64,000 bases of DNA from an uncultured Acidobacteriota bacterium (GCA_963700145.1 OY969474.1:288001-352000); one strand, 5' to 3'; counted from the first letter of the stretch, positions 41,363-50,672 are shown. The notes: generated from the sequence alone by a model not told the origin. Numbers and translations: made by a program.

Positions 41363-42130
41363 CTACGCCTGCGAGCGCGCGTTCAGCAGACCGCTCTCGC
41401 CTGCGCTCACCAACACCGGCGCGGGCTTCCTGCGGCGCAGGCGCCAGACCCAGTACGGCATGGCGAGCAGGGGTACCAGGACGGGCACGACGATCAGCGC
41501 GGGGTGGCGCAGTGCCTCCGGGAAGGTGTGGGCCTGGCCGATGAAGAACGAGCCGGCGGCGATGAAGAGCGCGAAGCACATCCGCCACAGGTGCCGCACC
41601 AGCCGCGGCCTGCCGTGCAGCCCCCCGCGGCGGATCACGCGCACGTCGGAGGCTGCCGCCAGGAGGAGGACCGTGCTCATGAACAGGGTCATCGGCGCCG
41701 GCACGCCCTCGCGAACGAACGGACCGCGGGTGACGCCCTCGATTCCCTGGACGAGCCCAAAGACGCCGAGAAAGCCCGCCACCAGCATGCCTCCGACCTC
41801 CAGCCACCGCCGCCGCTCCGCCGCGGGGCGGACCGTGGTCAGCGCGGTGAGGACGAAGTAGGCGACGACCAGCCCGCCGCCCCAGTCCTCGCCCTCGAAG
41901 ACGTTGATCACCACCGCGAGGGCCCCCATCGTCACGATCGAATAGACGAACCAGATCCCGCTCTTGCGATGCAGCGCCGAGCCCTTGGCGGCGTAGAGCG
42001 CGAGGTAGCCGGTGACGAGCGCGACGGCGCCCGCCAGGACGTGCACCAGCAGCATCATCCGCAGCGGCGCCGGGCCCTCGGCGAGGGTGACGCGGGCGGC
42101 GAGGGCGATCAGGGGCAGGCTCGCAGTCAT
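41363..42130 (-). CDS. DUF2306-like membrane protein
   Basis: HVLAG, KGSALHRKSG, RHLWRMC; about six TM segments. Confidence 0.7.
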   Translation of the reverse strand: MTASLPLIALAARVTLAEGPAPLRMMLLVHVLAGAVALVTGYLALYAAKGSALHRKSGIWFVYSIVTMGALAVVINVFEGEDWGGGLVVAYFVLTALTTVRPAAERRRWLEVGGMLVAGFLGVFGLVQGIEGVTRGPFVREGVPAPMTLFMSTVLLLAAASDVRVIRRGGLHGRPRLVRHLWRMCFALFIAAGSFFIGQAHTFPEALRHPALIVVPVLVPLLAMPYWVWRLRRRKPAPVLVSAGESGLLNARSQA

Positions 42131-42216
42131 CGGCTTAGATACGCCGCCGAGCCCGACGGATTACACCGCGCGGTCTATGAATTGCATGATTTAGATGCAT
42201 AAGAGAGGAGACACCG

Positions 42217-43485
42217 ATGACCAACCCTACACGCCTTTTGTTCGTCCTTGTTCTGGTCTTGGTCACTGCCTCTGCTGGATACGGGGAGGAGCCGCGGAGC
42301 GGCCCGGCGGCGGTGGGGTCGAGTCCCCAGGCGCGCAAGGCGCTCGCGGAATCGATCCCGCGCCGGGAGAAAGAGCTCGCGCTCCGGGAGCGGAAGGATG
42401 TCCTGACCGAAGTGGAGCAGCGGATGCAGGAGATGGGCGTGAGCGCCTCCGCCGACGAGCTGACCGATCTCCTCGGGCGGCGGGCGTCCCTCCAGATCGA
42501 CCTCGACAAGTGCCAGTTGGGAAGCAACAAAGCCGGAGACTGCCGCGCGATGGAGACGGAGATGGCGGCCGTCGAGGCGAGCTTCCGCAAGAAGACCGGG
42601 CTCTCGACGCGCGAGTTCCGCGGCGGTCGCCGGGATACGGCCGAGCGTGACGGCCTCCGGGCCGCCAAGGCCGGAACGCCAAGCGCCACCACCGCCTCCT
42701 CCTCCGGCGACAGTTGCACCTGCGCCTTGTCGGTCTACAGCGGCTACCGCTGGATGAACCGTTATTGGGGGCTCGAGTGCAACAACCACGCGAGCCACGG
42801 CGTCTGCAGCAACAACGTCGACTCGGCCCACACGGCCGGCACAGGCGGTATGACCGGCGACATCAACCTCTATTTCGGCTCCTACCACCAGTACCGGGAG
42901 TGCCCGGACGACCAAACCACCTGCTTCCATGGCCCCGAGACCGTGCACCCCGGGGAGTGGGGCAACGCCTGCAATTGCGACACCTGGCACTCGCAGTACT
43001 CCAACCCTCAAGGGACCTGGTACGGCGGGGACCTCTCGGACAGCGCCTGGGTGCATCAGGTCTCGACCCCCTACTTCACGGTGGCCGGCTCCTGCGAAGG
43101 TGCCACCGTCACCGTGAGCGAGTACATCAAGGAGAACGATCCCTGGTGTTGCGACGACCCGATGGGGACGCTGTGGTTCTCGGTGCCGGTCGCCAACGGC
43201 TCCGGCAACAGCCCGGGTCAGGCCTCGGTCGAGAACTGCAACGGCGGCTCGCAGAGCGGCGCCTACCCCTACTGCGGCACCTTCGGGGCGACGATCTGGG
43301 TGGCCTACATCTGCTCGACCTATTCGCAGCCGGAGTGTCCGGATCCCCAAGCGGAGCAGGATTGCTATGCCATGGGCTGGAACTGGCAACCCTGGCCGGA
43401 CTGCAGCTGCGTGGACCCGTGCACACCCCCTCCCGGTTGCCCCTATTGGAACTTCCAGAACTGTATTTGCGAGAACTACTACTGA
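42217..43485 (+). CDS. Secreted Cys/Trp-rich protein of unknown function
   Basis: GAGGAG SD, signal peptide, helical N-terminal region, Cys-dense C-terminal region. Confidence 0.8.
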   Translation: MTNPTRLLFVLVLVLVTASAGYGEEPRSGPAAVGSSPQARKALAESIPRREKELALRERKDVLTEVEQRMQEMGVSASADELTDLLGRRASLQIDLDKCQLGSNKAGDCRAMETEMAAVEASFRKKTGLSTREFRGGRRDTAERDGLRAAKAGTPSATTASSSGDSCTCALSVYSGYRWMNRYWGLECNNHASHGVCSNNVDSAHTAGTGGMTGDINLYFGSYHQYRECPDDQTTCFHGPETVHPGEWGNACNCDTWHSQYSNPQGTWYGGDLSDSAWVHQVSTPYFTVAGSCEGATVTVSEYIKENDPWCCDDPMGTLWFSVPVANGSGNSPGQASVENCNGGSQSGAYPYCGTFGATIWVAYICSTYSQPECPDPQAEQDCYAMGWNWQPWPDCSCVDPCTPPPGCPYWNFQNCICENYY

Positions 43486-43496
43486 ACTGCCCCGAT

Positions 43497-43526
43497 CCCC
43501 CGGCCGGAGCCGACTCCGGCCGGGGG
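43497..43526. terminator. 13-bp stem hairpin between convergent genes
   Basis: CCCCCGGCCGGAG-ccga-CTCCGGCCGGGGG; no clear U-tract. Confidence 0.55.
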
Positions 43527-43594
43527 CTCCGCCTCTTCGGTACCTGATCGCCCTCGACTCCGCCGCCGTCGGCTGCTACTTCGGCGACCGCAGT

Positions 43595-43861
43595 TCACCC
43601 TTGAGGGCAGAGAAGATCCATCAGACGAATGAACGTCTTCAGGGCGTTTCTCCATGACTGGGGGATGAAAGGCAAGTTGCTCAGGGCGACCAGAATCGGC
43701 CGGACCACACGATAGATCCCGCAGATTTGCTGGACCGCCTGTGCGGGTTGGGCCTTCACCGTTTCCGCCGTGAAGGCTTTTGCGCCGGCCTCGAACTGGC
43801 TCAGGTCCTGTGAACTGATGTGCCGATCGATCTCTTCAAAGGTGTACTCGCGCTCTGCCAT
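43595..43861 (-). CDS. 88-aa protein with a Cys-bounded amphipathic C-terminal half
   Basis: AAGGAGG SD; ICGIYRVVRPIL...MDLLCPQG. Confidence 0.75.
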   Translation of the reverse strand: MAEREYTFEEIDRHISSQDLSQFEAGAKAFTAETVKAQPAQAVQQICGIYRVVRPILVALSNLPFIPQSWRNALKTFIRLMDLLCPQG

Positions 43862-44008
43862 GGCTGCCTCCTTGAAGTGAGGAGACCATCTCCTCTTTCA
43901 GAAGGACGGACTCGCCGCGAGTTTTCACAAATGAGGTCGATTGCGGAACTTCTGATCTGTGCCTCACGGCCTGTGTGGCTTCTCTCGCTGGCGCCGGTAG
44001 TCGGCCCC

Positions 44009-44656
44009 TTAGCCCGGCCACCGGTACCCGAGCACCGAGTCCGCCCGGTAGGCCCGAACCTTGACCCGGTTCTCTTGATTGCCGCCGAGGAGTTCGAGGA
44101 GGGCACCGCGGGGGGCGAAGAAGAAGGCGACGTGGCCTTGGGCCGGGTTGTTGCCTCGCCGCAGGACGACGACGCAGCCGCTCCGCGGTCTCTCTAGAGG
44201 CCGGCCCCACGCCAGCCAGGAACGGGCGGCGGCGGAGTCCGTGCCGCGCAGGCCGGCTCGGCGTAGACACCAGTTGACGAAGGCCGAGCACCAGGGGACC
44301 TCGTCGGCGGTGGCGCGGAGGGCGGTGGTCGCGTGGTACGCGACGATGCGTGGGTTGTGGGTCTCGTCGGGGTACTCGCGGACGCCGATCTCGCGCTTGG
44401 CGAGGGCGAGCCAGGGCGGTTGTCCTTGCGGGCCGCGGAAGGCATCGCCGGTCCACGGCAGCAGGTAGCGCGCCGCGGCCCAGCCGGTGAAGAGGCCTTC
44501 GGGGGCAGCGCGCCGCACTTCGAGCCACCGGCCGTCCGGCGAGGCGCTCAGCCGCTCGAGGACCATGCCGCGCGGCAGGACGGCGAGGACCGGAAACGCC
44601 GTGCCCGGGCCGCGGCGCAGGTTCAAACCGCTGGCGGTGACTTCGACTGCGGTCAT
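44009..44656 (-). CDS. SH3b plus TIGR02594 (NlpC/P60-like) peptidoglycan hydrolase
   Basis: LNLRRGPGT, DEVPWCSAFVNW, SAAARSW, GHVAF, LLGGNQ. Confidence 0.88.
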   Translation of the reverse strand: MTAVEVTASGLNLRRGPGTAFPVLAVLPRGMVLERLSASPDGRWLEVRRAAPEGLFTGWAAARYLLPWTGDAFRGPQGQPPWLALAKREIGVREYPDETHNPRIVAYHATTALRATADEVPWCSAFVNWCLRRAGLRGTDSAAARSWLAWGRPLERPRSGCVVVLRRGNNPAQGHVAFFFAPRGALLELLGGNQENRVKVRAYRADSVLGYRWPG

Positions 44657-44736
44657 CGCATCGCCCTCCATGAACGGGGGACCGATCGCCCGGGGCGCCC
44701 CCCCATGCCCGTCGGGGCGCCCCGGGACCGGGACGT

Positions 44737-45096
44737 CTACTGCTCCTGCTCCTCCTGCTTGCCGTCGATCGCCTTGGCGAGGTCGAACTCGGCCTCGGTG
44801 AGGCTGCGGGCGAGGCGGCTGACCAGCGTCACGACGATGCGGTTGGGCCGCAGGTCGAGGTCGGCGCTCAGGCCGTGGTCGAACGCGGTCTCGGTGACGA
44901 AGTGGGCGAAGGCGACGGCCGCGCGGGGGCTCGAGAGCGTGTAGCGCCGCGAGATCTCCGTCGCGTTGCGCGCGGCGCTCCAGCCGGGCAGCTCGCGCAG
45001 GAGCTCCTGGATGCGCTCGGCCTTGAGCCTCGCGGTGACCGGGGTCGGCGCCGCCGGCGCCGGGTGCCCTGACGTGTGCGTGGTGGTCCTCTCCAT
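44737..45096 (-). CDS. Pterin-4a-carbinolamine dehydratase (PCD/DCoH)-fold protein lacking the catalytic His motif
   Basis: LPGW, ISRRY, LTEAEFDLAKAID; no HHP motif. Confidence 0.7.
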   Translation of the reverse strand: MERTTTHTSGHPAPAAPTPVTARLKAERIQELLRELPGWSAARNATEISRRYTLSSPRAAVAFAHFVTETAFDHGLSADLDLRPNRIVVTLVSRLARSLTEAEFDLAKAIDGKQEEQEQ

Positions 45097-45145
45097 AGGC
45101 GTCCTCCTTCCTGACGCGCCGGCCTTCGGTGGCCGGCGCACCCGC

Positions 45146-45210
45146 ATTATAGTCTGATACTCTGCCGTTTACCACTGTCTATTGACAATAGAGTCAGAGA
45201 CTCCGATACT
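45146..45210. promoter_or_regulatory. Divergent promoters with a palindrome over the -35
   Basis: Plus strand TTGACA(45182)-N17-GATACT; minus strand TATAAT at 45146-51; TCTATTG-A-CAATAGA at 45178-45192. Confidence 0.65.
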
Positions 45211-45312
45211 TCTTCGACTTTTTCGCCCGCGGGCAGAGGAGAAGGTGTGAACAGACCGGGTCGGCTAGTAAAGCGCGTGGATCAGGAGACGGATGGGCTG
45301 GGTCGGCGGCTC

Positions 45313-45543
45313 GATCCAGTCGGTTCGGCTGTGGATCGATTCGGTTCCGCTGTGGATCCACTCGGTTCTGGCGTGGATCGGTTCGGTTCCGCCGCCGATC
45401 CGCTCGGTTCCGGCGTGGATCGACTCAGTTCGGCCGCGGATCGATTCGGTTCCGCTGCGGATCCACTCGGTTCCGGCCTGGATCGACTCGGTTCGGCCGC
45501 CGATCCACTCGCTTCCGGCGCCGATCGATTCGGTTCGTGCCGC
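45313..45543 (+). repeat. Tandem array of 11 x 21 bp (GATCnnnTCGGTTCnGnnGnn)
   Basis: GATC at 45313+21n for n=0 to 10. Confidence 0.95.
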
Positions 45544-45597
45544 GGGCCGCCCTCATCGGATGGCGGTGCGATCAACCTGTAACGGAAAGGAGGCAGC

Positions 45598-45984
45598 ATG
45601 GCTATCAACGGAAACTCACTGTCCGAACGTGTCACCCGCTGGCAGGTCGTGGTCGAGAACCTTCGCGAAGGCGAAGGCTTCAGCCACATCGCGGCGGATC
45701 TCCAGCGGCTCGAGGAGCGCATCGCCGAGGCGCGGACCGTCCAGAACCAGCTCGAGGACCTGCGCTCGCAGTTCCGGGCGCAGACCGCGCGGGTCCGCAA
45801 GCTCGCCATCGAGGGCGACTCGCTCCGCGCGCGCATCGGGGCCAGCCTGCGCAGCAAGCACGGCTTCACCAGCGAGGCGCTCATCAAGTACGGCTTCAAG
45901 CCGCTGCGGGTGCCGCGGCGGCGCTCGAAGAAGCCGGAGGCGGGCACGACGCCTCCCACGGTCCAGACCCAAGCCGCGGAGTGA
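45598..45984 (+). CDS. Small helical/coiled-coil protein with basic C-terminal patch
   Basis: AAAGGAGG SD; heptad-like helices; KYGFKPLRVPRRRSKK. Confidence 0.8.
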   Translation: MAINGNSLSERVTRWQVVVENLREGEGFSHIAADLQRLEERIAEARTVQNQLEDLRSQFRAQTARVRKLAIEGDSLRARIGASLRSKHGFTSEALIKYGFKPLRVPRRRSKKPEAGTTPPTVQTQAAE

Positions 45985-46026
45985 GCGGCGCCCTCATCAC
46001 CGCAACAGGACGAGAAAGGAGGAGCG

Positions 46027-46221
46027 ATGTCGCGAACCGAACGGCGGTCCTCCCGGCGTCGGGCGTCGAAGGGCGGCCGCTTCCTGGCCGACCCTGACGC
46101 CGATCCCGACGCGAAGTCGTTCGCCGGCCCGACGCTGACCCAGGCGTCGGACCGGGCCTGGCGTGACCGGCGCCGCCAGCGGCGGCGGCGGCTCGCCCGG
46201 CACTACGGCGAGGGGGACTGA
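46027..46221 (+). CDS. Small Arg-rich protein
   Basis: AAAGGAGG SD, 64 aa, fills the intergenic gap. Confidence 0.5.
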   Translation: MSRTERRSSRRRASKGGRFLADPDADPDAKSFAGPTLTQASDRAWRDRRRQRRRRLARHYGEGD

Positions 46222-46298
46222 CCGAAGCCCGGCGCGGCGGGCGTGGCGCAAGCGCGCCCGCCGCGCCTTTTTCCGACCGCTGCACGAGGAGCGACCCG

Positions 46299-46820
46299 AT
46301 GCCCGAGCCCGCGCGCCGCACGTTTCCGACGTCCCTGCGCGACACCGTCCGCGGCTGGCTGGAGCCCGCCGGCTGGACCTTCGAGGAGCAGGAGCACCCC
46401 GCGGTCGGCGTCGGCCTGGCCGACGGCGAGTTCCTCTGGGTCGATGCGGCCGTCCGCGACAACGTCGCCGTGCTCGTCGCCGAGCCGGCCACCGGCCCCG
46501 AGCGGCTGTTCGTCTGCTACCACTTCTCGCTCGACCTCGCCGAGCGCGACCGCCTCGAGCGGCTGGGCCGCGCGGAGCGCGTGCAGCTCGCCTGGGACGT
46601 CCTGAGCCACCTGAACCTCCTCCAGGTCGAGTACGTGATCGACGCCACCGTCCCCAACGACCTCCTGCTCTACATCGAGGTGCCCCGCCCGAGCCTGGCG
46701 TGCGACGCGCTGCTCGGCCACCTGCAGCGGCTCGGCGCCGCCATGCGGCTCGTCTCCGTCGCCTACACCAAGGCGCTCGGCACGCTCGACGACCAGCCCG
46801 CCGCGCCGTCCGTGCATTGA
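46299..46820 (+). CDS. Hypothetical protein (possibly YbjN/DUF2299-like)
   Basis: GAGGAG SD, host-like codon usage. Confidence 0.65.
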   Translation: MPEPARRTFPTSLRDTVRGWLEPAGWTFEEQEHPAVGVGLADGEFLWVDAAVRDNVAVLVAEPATGPERLFVCYHFSLDLAERDRLERLGRAERVQLAWDVLSHLNLLQVEYVIDATVPNDLLLYIEVPRPSLACDALLGHLQRLGAAMRLVSVAYTKALGTLDDQPAAPSVH

Positions 46821-46827
46821 CGGAAAA

Positions 46828-46897
46828 CGCCCGGCACGTAGGCCGGGCGCTACGCCTCCCGCTCCGGCGCCGTAGCGCCCGGCCCACGTGCCGGGCG
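46828..46897. repeat. Inverted REP doublet between convergent genes
   Basis: Minus copy 46828-46853 and plus copy 46872-46897, 18-bp spacer. Confidence 0.88.
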
Positions 46898-46899
46898 TT

Positions 46900-48246
46900 C
46901 TAGCCCGCACCTTCCAGCACCTGCCCGGTCAGCATCAGGAGCCCGGCGCGGAAGCCCCCGGCCGGCAGCTCGCGCAGCACCTCGCGCCAGACCTCGGCGA
47001 CGAGCCGGCGGTCGGCGCTGCCCGCCGCGGCCGCGTCGCTCAGCCGACGCAGCGCCGCGCGCACCTTGGGCGGCAGCGCCCGGGCGCGGACGAGCGGTGC
47101 GAGCTTCGGCGCCATCCGCATCAGCTCGCGCCGGCGGCCGCGCCAGATCCAGAGGCTGGCCAGGTGAATGCCGGCGACGGCCGCCGCCTCGGCTGAGCCC
47201 GCGGCGAGCGCCTCCGCGAACGCCGCGGTGAGTCGCCGCTCGGCCTCGTCGGCGCGGCCGGCCAGCGCCGCCGCTTGCGCGGCGGTCACGCCGAGGACGG
47301 CGCGCAGCGCCGGGTCGTCGAGCGCCGCCGGGTCCGCTTGCCCCAGCACCGCCTCGGCCTGGTCGGCGCGGTCGAAGCGGAGGAGGAGTTGCGCGAGCAT
47401 CAGCCGCCCGCGCGTCGCCGCCGCCGGGTCGGCGAGCCGGCTCGACAGCAGGAACGAGCGCGAGAAGAGGCCCACGGCGCGCTCCAAGTCCCCGAGGTCG
47501 GCATAGAGCGTGCCCTGTTCTTCGAGCGCCAGGCTCTGCTGCGCCACCTCGCCGCACTCCTCGAAGAGCGTCACCGCCCGCTGATAGAGCGCCAGCGCTT
47601 CGGGCGCCCGCTTGCCGGCGCGCCGGAAGCCGGCGAGGCGCCGCGCCAGCACCGCGGCCTCGAACGAGTCCTGCTCCTCGAGGAGGTCGGAGGCGGTTCG
47701 GAAGGCGAGCTCGGCGCTCGGGAGCTCGCCGCGCCGATGGAGCGCCTGGCCGACGAGCGTGTAGCCGCCGCTCTGGAGGTCGCGCACGCCGGCGCCCGGC
47801 GGCAGCCGCTGGAGGACGGTCAGCGCGAGCCGCGCCAGCTCCTCGGCGGCGTCGGGCTGCGTGTCGGCGGCCTGGCCGCCGCGCTCGAGGAGCGTCAGGA
47901 CGACGGCGGCCGTGTTGAAGCGCTCCTCGCCGCGGAGCGCGAGCGTCCGCCGCTCCCTCGGCAGCGCCAAAAGCTCGTCGACCAGCGGCCCGGCCGCCGC
48001 CCGCTCGGCGGCGATCGCCGCCGAGCGCGCCTCCCAGCGCCGGGCGAGCCGCGGCCAGGCCCGCTCGAGCTCCGGCGCGCCGGCCGCCGGCGCCACGCCG
48101 GCCGCCGTCTGAGCGAGCTGGCCGGCGATCGGCCGCGCCAGGTTGCGACAGCGCGAGCAGGCGAGGAGGTGGCCGAGGACGCCGGCCTGGCGCTCGGTCA
48201 GCGATGTCACGAACGGCAACAGCTCGCCCTCGCGGAAGTGCTCCAT
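46900..48246 (-). CDS. TPR protein with N-terminal zf-HC2-like motif
   Basis: MEHF...HLLACSRCR followed by TPR-like helical repeats. Confidence 0.78.
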   Translation of the reverse strand: MEHFREGELLPFVTSLTERQAGVLGHLLACSRCRNLARPIAGQLAQTAAGVAPAAGAPELERAWPRLARRWEARSAAIAAERAAAGPLVDELLALPRERRTLALRGEERFNTAAVVLTLLERGGQAADTQPDAAEELARLALTVLQRLPPGAGVRDLQSGGYTLVGQALHRRGELPSAELAFRTASDLLEEQDSFEAAVLARRLAGFRRAGKRAPEALALYQRAVTLFEECGEVAQQSLALEEQGTLYADLGDLERAVGLFSRSFLLSSRLADPAAATRGRLMLAQLLLRFDRADQAEAVLGQADPAALDDPALRAVLGVTAAQAAALAGRADEAERRLTAAFAEALAAGSAEAAAVAGIHLASLWIWRGRRRELMRMAPKLAPLVRARALPPKVRAALRRLSDAAAAGSADRRLVAEVWREVLRELPAGGFRAGLLMLTGQVLEGAG

Positions 48247-48551
48247 CGGCTGTCTCGCTCCCGTCACTGGCTCGGTTGCAGGTGTTTGGCTGGATTTGCT
48301 GCTCTCCAGCCCTTTTCATCAGTGACGCTGACATTTCTAGCATAGTGTTGCTGAAGATGGCAAGTAGATGTTCCTCCGAGACGTTGGGTAGCGCCCAGGA
48401 ACTGGCCCCTGCCGTCCGTTGCTCGCCGCCGCATCCGTCGTCCCAGCGGGGGAGCGGACCGCACTACGCTGGTGGGAAAAGAGACAACCCCGCGAGCGCC
48501 GCAGCCATCCCGGCCGTCCGGCGACCCGCCGGGGAACGAGGAGGCTTTGCG

Positions 48552-48779
48552 ATGTCAGGTCGGAAAATCGTGGCAAGCGTGGGGGCGCTCGCGGTGGCGG
48601 CGTTCCTCGTCCTGGGCACACCGGCGCACGCCATCGGCTCGCGCGCCGGCAACGAGGCGCCGCCGGCCCGGGCCAGCGCCCGGCTGGCGTTGGCCGAGCT
48701 GTTGCGGGACGTTCTCGACTTCGTCGGGCTGCGGGCGGTTTGGGAGAATCAGGGTATAGGGATCGATCCGTACGGCTAG
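48552..48779 (+). CDS. 75-aa secreted propeptide ending WENQGIGIDPYG
   Basis: GAGGAGG SD, Sec signal with AHA cleavage site. Confidence 0.78.
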   Translation: MSGRKIVASVGALAVAAFLVLGTPAHAIGSRAGNEAPPARASARLALAELLRDVLDFVGLRAVWENQGIGIDPYG

Positions 48780-48849
48780 CAACAGGAGCGCAAGCGGTTG
48801 TGGCAGAATACGCCCGCTAATCTGCTGAAACCCGGGAGACTGCCCGAGC

Positions 48850-50187
48850 TTGCGCGACCACCCTACGCACGAGACCCTCGACCGCTTCCTGCGCGGGCAG
48901 CTTCCGGCGATCGAGGGTGCCCGCGTCATTGCCCATCTCGTCCGCGGCTGCCGCTTCTGCCAGGCGGCGGCCGCGGATCTCGCGGGGCCGCTCTTCGAGG
49001 AAGGCGAGCCGGAAGACCTCGGGAGCGACGAGGGCGCGGTCTACGAAGTTGATTTCGACCGCGCTTTCGCCGCGGCGGGCCCCGCCGCCGCCGCCCACGA
49101 ACAGGAGACCCTCCTGGCCGACGAGATCTACGCCGCGCTGGTGGCGGGGGGACACTCCGCCATCCCCGCCTCGCACTTCTGCAGCGCCCCTGTCTGCCGC
49201 GCCCTGATGCGGCGGAGCTGGGAGCTGCGGCACGAAGACCCGACCCAGATGCTGCAGCTAGCCCACCTCGCGGTGTACACCGCGAGCCGGCTCGACCCCG
49301 AGCAGGTGGGAACGGTGCGAGTCGCCGAGCTCAACGCCCGTGCGCTCGGCGAGTACGGGAACGCGCAGCGCATCACCGGCGACTTGAGCGGCGCCGACCG
49401 ATCGGTCGAGCAAGCCCTCGCTCTCTACCGGGGCAACGAGGAGGACCGGCTTCTCGGCGCCCACCTGCTGACCATCAGGGCCGCGCTGTTCGGTGATCAG
49501 CGCCGCTTCTCCGAAGCCCTCGACTTGCTCGAGCAGGTAGAGCAGACCTACGAGGAGTTCGGCGAGCGCCATCAGCAGGGGAGAGCGTTGGTCCAGAGGG
49601 GGCTCTATACCGGCTACCGCGGCGAGGTTGCGGAGGGGGTCCGCCTCCTGCGTAGCGCGCTCGCACTGATCGACGAGACGGTCGACCCGAAGCTGGCCCT
49701 GGTAGCTGTTCACAACCTCGCTTGGTTGCTCTCCGAGTGTGGGCAGCTCCGCGAAGGCCGGATACTGTTGTGGGAGAACAGCGGTCGCTACGACCGACAC
49801 GCGGATCGCGTGATGCTCTTGAAGCGCACCTGGCTTGAGGGGTACAACGCCGCGGGCCTCGGCGACCTGGAGCGTGCCGTCGAACGGCTGAGCGACGCGA
49901 TCCAGGGCTTCGACGAGGCAGAGCTGGGCTATCAGGCCGCGCTCGCCACCCTCGACCTCGGCGCCGTCTGGCTGCGCCAAGGCCGCTCGCACGCGGCGTT
50001 GGAGATCCTCGAATACGCTGCCGAGACCTTCGTCGCCATCGGCGTCGGCCGCGAAGCCCTCGGCGCCTTGGCCCTCCTCCAGCAAGCCTGCGAGCAAGAG
50101 AACGTCACCGTAACCTTCGTCCACGAAGTCTCCGCCTTCCTCCGCCGCCTCGAGCACGACCCGGCCGCCCGCTTCAGGCAGCGGTAG
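48850..50187 (+). CDS. TPR protein with N-terminal zf-HC2-like motif
   Basis: MRDHP...AHLVRGCRFCQ, multiple TPR-like repeats; TTG start. Confidence 0.82.
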   Translation: MRDHPTHETLDRFLRGQLPAIEGARVIAHLVRGCRFCQAAAADLAGPLFEEGEPEDLGSDEGAVYEVDFDRAFAAAGPAAAAHEQETLLADEIYAALVAGGHSAIPASHFCSAPVCRALMRRSWELRHEDPTQMLQLAHLAVYTASRLDPEQVGTVRVAELNARALGEYGNAQRITGDLSGADRSVEQALALYRGNEEDRLLGAHLLTIRAALFGDQRRFSEALDLLEQVEQTYEEFGERHQQGRALVQRGLYTGYRGEVAEGVRLLRSALALIDETVDPKLALVAVHNLAWLLSECGQLREGRILLWENSGRYDRHADRVMLLKRTWLEGYNAAGLGDLERAVERLSDAIQGFDEAELGYQAALATLDLGAVWLRQGRSHAALEILEYAAETFVAIGVGREALGALALLQQACEQENVTVTFVHEVSAFLRRLEHDPAARFRQR

Positions 50188-50300
50188 CGCAGCTTCCTTC
50201 TCTAGTACCTCGATAGCTGACCGGCCTCGGCCGCCCTCGATCGCGAACACGAGGTCATCGGGCGCCGCCGCGTGAGGGTGACGCATGCAGCCGGAGCGTG

Positions 50301-50553
50301 CTACGGCGGCCGCTCGGGCGCGCGGACGACTCGCTGGGTGCCGTCTTCGTACAGCGCGCGGACGCTTCCGTCCGGGGATAGCACTTGAAGAGTGCCGCGT
50401 GGCCGGCCCCCTCGCAGCGCAGCCGCACCCCGGACTGGAACTGCCGATGTGACCTGGCACTCCCTGCGCCTGAACCTCGATCCAGTCACGAGGAATTAGA
50501 AGGTCGCCATCGCGTGGGAACTGCAGTGCCCAAAGGGTGGCGTAGATGCTCAT
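50301..50553 (-). pseudogene. Probable remnant of a hypothetical gene
   Basis: MSIYATLWALQFP...AQGVPGHIG in one frame, LRGGRPR...DGSVR in another. Confidence 0.35.
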
Positions 50554-50672
50554 GAGCTTCACCACGCTCGCCGCACCGGTCGGGCCGTGAGACGGCCTGG
50601 AGTGCGCCACGGCTGCGGCGAGGCTGGCGCCGCGTCTTATCTAGGTGGGCCCTGGTGAAAACCCCAGAGTCC

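Noticed and set aside
44689-44726. GC hairpin as a mobile repeat
   Set aside because: Single copy in the window; more simply an intergenic terminator or stabilising stem
45313-45543. CRISPR array
   Set aside because: Contiguous 21-bp units with no unique spacers, and no cas genes in the window
43595-46820. Prophage
   Set aside because: No integrase, terminase or structural genes near the hydrolase
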